In this document: positions 60,915 through 64,000 of the stretch, in pieces | Layout of the letters: every line of letters begins with the position of its first letter | Numbering within the stretch: the stretch's first letter is position 1 | Assembly (NCBI GenBank): GCA_034440275.1 | Contig: JAWXBS010000136.1 | Span: 8,152-72,151 of the forward strand | Direction: 5' to 3' | Source of the DNA: Alphaproteobacteria bacterium | GTDB taxonomy: Bacteria > Pseudomonadota > Alphaproteobacteria > Caulobacterales > Aquidulcibacteraceae | DNA length: 64,000 nucleotides | Program-made: the position numbers and the translations under genes | The notes under the pieces: generated by a model | The model's input: only the letters and a program-made list of their open reading frames with translations | What the model was told of the DNA's origin: nothing | Databases searched by the model: none

Positions 60915-61790
60915 ATGTCCCAATCCTCCGCCCAACGCACCCGCGCGATCCTTTCCGTCGCGACGGGCGCGGCCATCATCGGTCTCGCGCCCGTCGGCAT
61001 GCGGCTTTCCGAACTCGGGCCGCAGGCCACGGCGTTCTGGCGGTTTGCGTTTGCGATCCCGATGCTGGCGCTCATAGCGCTGCTGCTGAAGGCGCCGGCG
61101 TCTTCGATGCGCGACACGCGGTTGCTCGTCGTCGCGGGCGCGTGTTTTGCGCTCGACATGGCGCTGTGGCACGCAGCCCTCGGCTACACGACGGTGGCGA
61201 ATGCGACGCTGTTTTCCAACATGACGCCGATCCTTGCGGCGGCGGCGGGATGGCTCCTGTTCAAGGAGCGCATCGGCCGCGGCTGGCTTGCGGGCGCGGG
61301 CATTGCGGTTATCGGCGCGGCGTTGATGTCGCTGTCGCGCGCGCAGGAGGGGCAGGGGACGTTCGGCGGCGATCTCTTGGGGATGGCGTCGGCGGTCTGG
61401 TACGCGGCGTATCTGCTGGTGTTGCGCGGCGTGCGCGATCGCGTGGGCGCGGCGATCGCGATGCTGTCGACGACGGCGGCGGCGATGGTCGTGGCGGCGG
61501 TTGTGACGGCAGTGATGGGCGAGCCGTTCGTCGTGCCGGACATGACGTGGCGCGGCTGGCTCGTGCTGATCTTCCTCGGCGTGTTCGTGCACACGTTCGG
61601 CCAGGGGCTGATCGCCTACGGCCTCGGACAGTTGCCGATCACGCTGTCGACGGTGCTGCTGTGGGTGCAACCCGTTTCGGCGGCGGCGTTCGGCTGGGTG
61701 CTGTTCGGCGAAAACCTCAACGCCGCCGGCATTCTCGGCGCCGCCATGATTCTGGCGGGCGTCTTCGTCGTGCAGCGCGCGCGCAGCTAG
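60915..61790 (+). CDS. DMT (EamA-type) family transporter
   Basis: 291 aa, about 10 TM segments and a duplicated EamA-like architecture. Its stop shares the tetranucleotide CTAG with the convergent lepB stop. Confidence 0.8.
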   Translation: MSQSSAQRTRAILSVATGAAIIGLAPVGMRLSELGPQATAFWRFAFAIPMLALIALLLKAPASSMRDTRLLVVAGACFALDMALWHAALGYTTVANATLFSNMTPILAAAAGWLLFKERIGRGWLAGAGIAVIGAALMSLSRAQEGQGTFGGDLLGMASAVWYAAYLLVLRGVRDRVGAAIAMLSTTAAAMVVAAVVTAVMGEPFVVPDMTWRGWLVLIFLGVFVHTFGQGLIAYGLGQLPITLSTVLLWVQPVSAAAFGWVLFGENLNAAGILGAAMILAGVFVVQRARS

Positions 61791-62593
61791 TCACGACGCG
61801 TCAGCGGCTGAAACCAGCGTGGCGCGGCGGTCTCCACGCCCGTGCGCTTTTTCCCGAACTGCGGCATCGCGAAGTACACCGTCTCTGCGCGGCCGATGAG
61901 ATTGTCCATCGGCACGGGCCCCATGCCGTCCCAGCGGCTGTCGAGGGAGTTGTCGCGATTGTCGCCCATCGCGAAGACGTGGCGCGGCGGCACGACGTAG
62001 GGGCCGAAATCGTCGAAGGCCTCGAAGTCGGAGAATTCGTGGATTGCATGCGTGACGCCGCCGGGCAGATCCTCGGTGTAGCGCGCGGCGGTTTCCAGCG
62101 CGCCGCCCTGCGCCACGCGCACGATGGAACGACCGTCCAGTCGTGCGAGCTTTTCGCCGTTGATCCAGAGCACGCCGTCGCGCACGGCGATCTCGTCGCC
62201 AGGCAGACCGATAAGCCGCTTGATCATCACCTTGTCTTCCTGCGGGTGCATGAAGACGGCCACGTCGCCGCGCTTCGGCGCCTGTTCGAGGAAGCGCTTG
62301 CGGCCCGGCGGCATCAGTGCGCCGATGTTCAACGGCAATGACTGGCGGCTGTAGCCGTAGGCGAATTTTGAAACGATGACGCGGTCTCCCACCTCCATCG
62401 CCGGCACCATGCTCTCCGACGGGATGTGATAGGCCGCGAACGCCACCGTCGTGAACGCGAGATAGACGGGCACCGCGACGAGCAGGAAGCGGAACAGCTC
62501 GCGCGCCTCGCCGATCAGGCGCTGCGGCAGCGAAGCGGGCGCTTCGGCGACGGCTTCCTTCTCTTCTACGGGCGGATCGGTGAGGTCGGTCAT
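61787..62593 (-). CDS. lepB: Signal peptidase I
   Basis: 268 aa with the Ser box IPSESMVPAM, the Lys box KRLIGLPGD and GDNRDNSLDSRW. Confidence 0.92.
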   Translation of the reverse strand: MTDLTDPPVEEKEAVAEAPASLPQRLIGEARELFRFLLVAVPVYLAFTTVAFAAYHIPSESMVPAMEVGDRVIVSKFAYGYSRQSLPLNIGALMPPGRKRFLEQAPKRGDVAVFMHPQEDKVMIKRLIGLPGDEIAVRDGVLWINGEKLARLDGRSIVRVAQGGALETAARYTEDLPGGVTHAIHEFSDFEAFDDFGPYVVPPRHVFAMGDNRDNSLDSRWDGMGPVPMDNLIGRAETVYFAMPQFGKKRTGVETAAPRWFQPLTRRD

Positions 62594-63333
62594 CGGCGTG
62601 GCTCCTCGCGCCAGTAGTCGTAGGAATAGACCGTTTTGAAGGCGGCCGCCCCGTAGAGCGCGATTGCCGGGGTGTTGGAAGCCTCCACCTGCAGGAAGGC
62701 GTCCGTCGCGCCGTTGTCACGCGCCCAGCGCAGGAGGGCGGCGAGGATGCGGCGCGCGTGGCCCTTGCGGCGCTGCGCGGGATGCGTGCGCATGAGGAAA
62801 ATGCCGGCCTTGCCCTCGACGATGACGCAGAGACCTACCGCTTCGTCGCCCGCCAGCGCGAAGGCACGCGGGGAGGGCGTGCGCTGCGCGAGGCCGCGCC
62901 GTTCTTCGTATTCGGCCGGCGTTGGGGATGTCTCGCGCAGGATCGCATCGACGGCGTCGGGATAGTCGGCGCCGAGCGTGACGCCTGTCGACTCCGGAAG
63001 TGTGGCGAGCGCCGCACCGATCGGCGCGGCCATCACCAGCGTCTGCGTTGACGGCATCCAGCCGCGCGCCGCCAGCGCTTCCGGCAGGTCGACCGGTGCA
63101 CACGCGCCGCGCGCGATGCGGAACGTCGGACGCATGTTGCGGGATTGGTAGTGCTTCTGCACGTCGATGATCGCCGCGCCGAGCGCGCCGTCGAATTTGA
63201 GCGGCGTCACCGCGTTCGCACGACCCGTCACGCCGCCGTCTGTGAGCAGCGTCCAGCCGTGCAGCGTCTCACTCGCGCGCGCGGGCCAGGCGGCGAGGAG
63301 GAGGCGTTCGAGGTGCGCGAAATCCGCAATCAC
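62590..63333 (-). CDS. GNAT family N-acetyltransferase
   Basis: About 247 aa counted from a GTG at 63333 that overlaps the upstream gene's TGA (GTGA). The acetyl-CoA motif is HPAQRRKGHARRILAALLRWA. The stop overlaps the lepB ATG (ATGA). The 468-aa track ORF is a read-through. Confidence 0.75.
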   Translation of the reverse strand: MIADFAHLERLLLAAWPARASETLHGWTLLTDGGVTGRANAVTPLKFDGALGAAIIDVQKHYQSRNMRPTFRIARGACAPVDLPEALAARGWMPSTQTLVMAAPIGAALATLPESTGVTLGADYPDAVDAILRETSPTPAEYEERRGLAQRTPSPRAFALAGDEAVGLCVIVEGKAGIFLMRTHPAQRRKGHARRILAALLRWARDNGATDAFLQVEASNTPAIALYGAAAFKTVYSYDYWREEPRR

Positions 63334-64000
63334 AAGTTCGCCTTCTCGACCACCTTCACCACATCGCCCATGATTCCGGTGATCCGGAAATCCTTCGGCG
63401 TGTAGACGCCGGCGACGCCCATCTGCGTCAGCGCGAGCGCGTCGGCGGGCGGGATGATGCCGCCGACGACGACGGGCGTTTTTTCCAGGCCCGCTTCGCG
63501 CAGCAAACGCACCACATCGCGCACGAGATCGAGGTGCGAGCCCGAGAGGATCGAGAGGCCGATGACGTGCGCGCGCTTTTCCTGCGCGGCGGCGACGATT
63601 TCGGCGGGCGTCAGGCGGATGCCTTCGTACACCACGTCCATGCCCACCGCGCGACCGCGCGCGGCGATCTGTTCGGCGCCGTTGGAGTGGCCGTCGAGGC
63701 CGGGCTTGCCGACGAGGAAGGTGAGATTGCGGCCAAGCTTTTCCGACAACGCCGTGACATCGGCCTTCACCCTCTCGATGTCCACGTCGCCGTCGCTCGA
63801 CACGACGAGCGCCACGCCCGTGGGCGCGCGGAATTCGCCATACACCTTGCGCAGCGCCTCGCCCCATTCGCCGGTGGTCACGCCCGCTTTTGCACACGCG
63901 ATGGACGGCTCCATGACGTTGCGGTCTTCGCGTGCAGCGGCCGCGAGGTCTTCCAGCGCCTTCGCCGCAGCGCCCGCATCGCGTTGCGCGCGCCACGCTT
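63330..64000 (-). CDS. B12-dependent acyl-CoA mutase, C-terminal part (5' end beyond the window); methylmalonyl-CoA mutase family, possibly ethylmalonyl-CoA mutase
   Basis: The cobalamin-binding domain is present (GKPGLDGHSNGAEQIA, VIGLSILSGSH). The frame stays open from 63914 to the window end (AWRAQRDAGAAAKALEDLAAAAREDRNVMEPSI...). The AKAGVTTGEWG segment and the nearby malyl-CoA lyase suggest an Ecm/MeaA type. Confidence 0.75.
   Translation of the reverse strand, partial: AWRAQRDAGAAAKALEDLAAAAREDRNVMEPSIACAKAGVTTGEWGEALRKVYGEFRAPTGVALVVSSDGDVDIERVKADVTALSEKLGRNLTFLVGKPGLDGHSNGAEQIAARGRAVGMDVVYEGIRLTPAEIVAAAQEKRAHVIGLSILSGSHLDLVRDVVRLLREAGLEKTPVVVGGIIPPADALALTQMGVAGVYTPKDFRITGIMGDVVKVVEKANL

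Overview
High-GC, alphaproteobacterial-type chromosomal DNA. Its dominant feature is structural. Positions 1..60666 form a spacer-less and, as far as I can see, perfect palindrome. Base x pairs with base 60667-x. The axis lies between 30333 and 30334, inside a (GC)7 tract. The left arm is cut off by the window start, so each arm is at least 30,333 bp and may be longer. Only 60667..64000 is single-copy in this window.

About 29 genes therefore appear twice in mirror orientation. These include genes that are normally single-copy housekeeping genes: lepA, a class I RNR large subunit, aroK-aroB and xerD. The axis cuts through a coding sequence and creates two fake 1039-aa ORFs. I rate a fold-back chimera (assembly or library artefact) as the most likely explanation. 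A genuine, very recent snap-back inverted duplication is the exciting alternative.

Gene content of one arm, from the outer end to the axis:
- RMD1/DUF155 protein
- PQQ sugar dehydrogenase fused to cytochrome c
- RNR alpha subunit
- an AT-richer islet (ThsB-like TIR protein, HTH protein, small membrane protein)
- lepA
- two DUF1134-like paralogues
- sulfate-binding protein
- TonB-dependent receptor
- adhC and a GST
- CorC/HlyC transporter
- aroB-aroK
- Ala-rich secreted protein
- xerD
- two paralogous small membrane proteins
- M19 dipeptidase
- malyl-CoA lyase
- Fe-ADH
- alpha/beta hydrolase
- a 194-aa anchored protein
- S8 lipoprotein protease
- a CDS truncated at the axis

The unique right flank carries a DMT transporter, lepB, a GNAT acetyltransferase and the 3' part of a B12-dependent acyl-CoA mutase. 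I found no rRNA, tRNA, CRISPR array or transposase.

Secondary points are the TIR-like islet, the long RNR leader (NrdR-box-like and B12-riboswitch-like motifs), a CCCTCNCCC/GGGNGAGGG hairpin family, and a direct-repeat operator candidate upstream of the TonB receptor.
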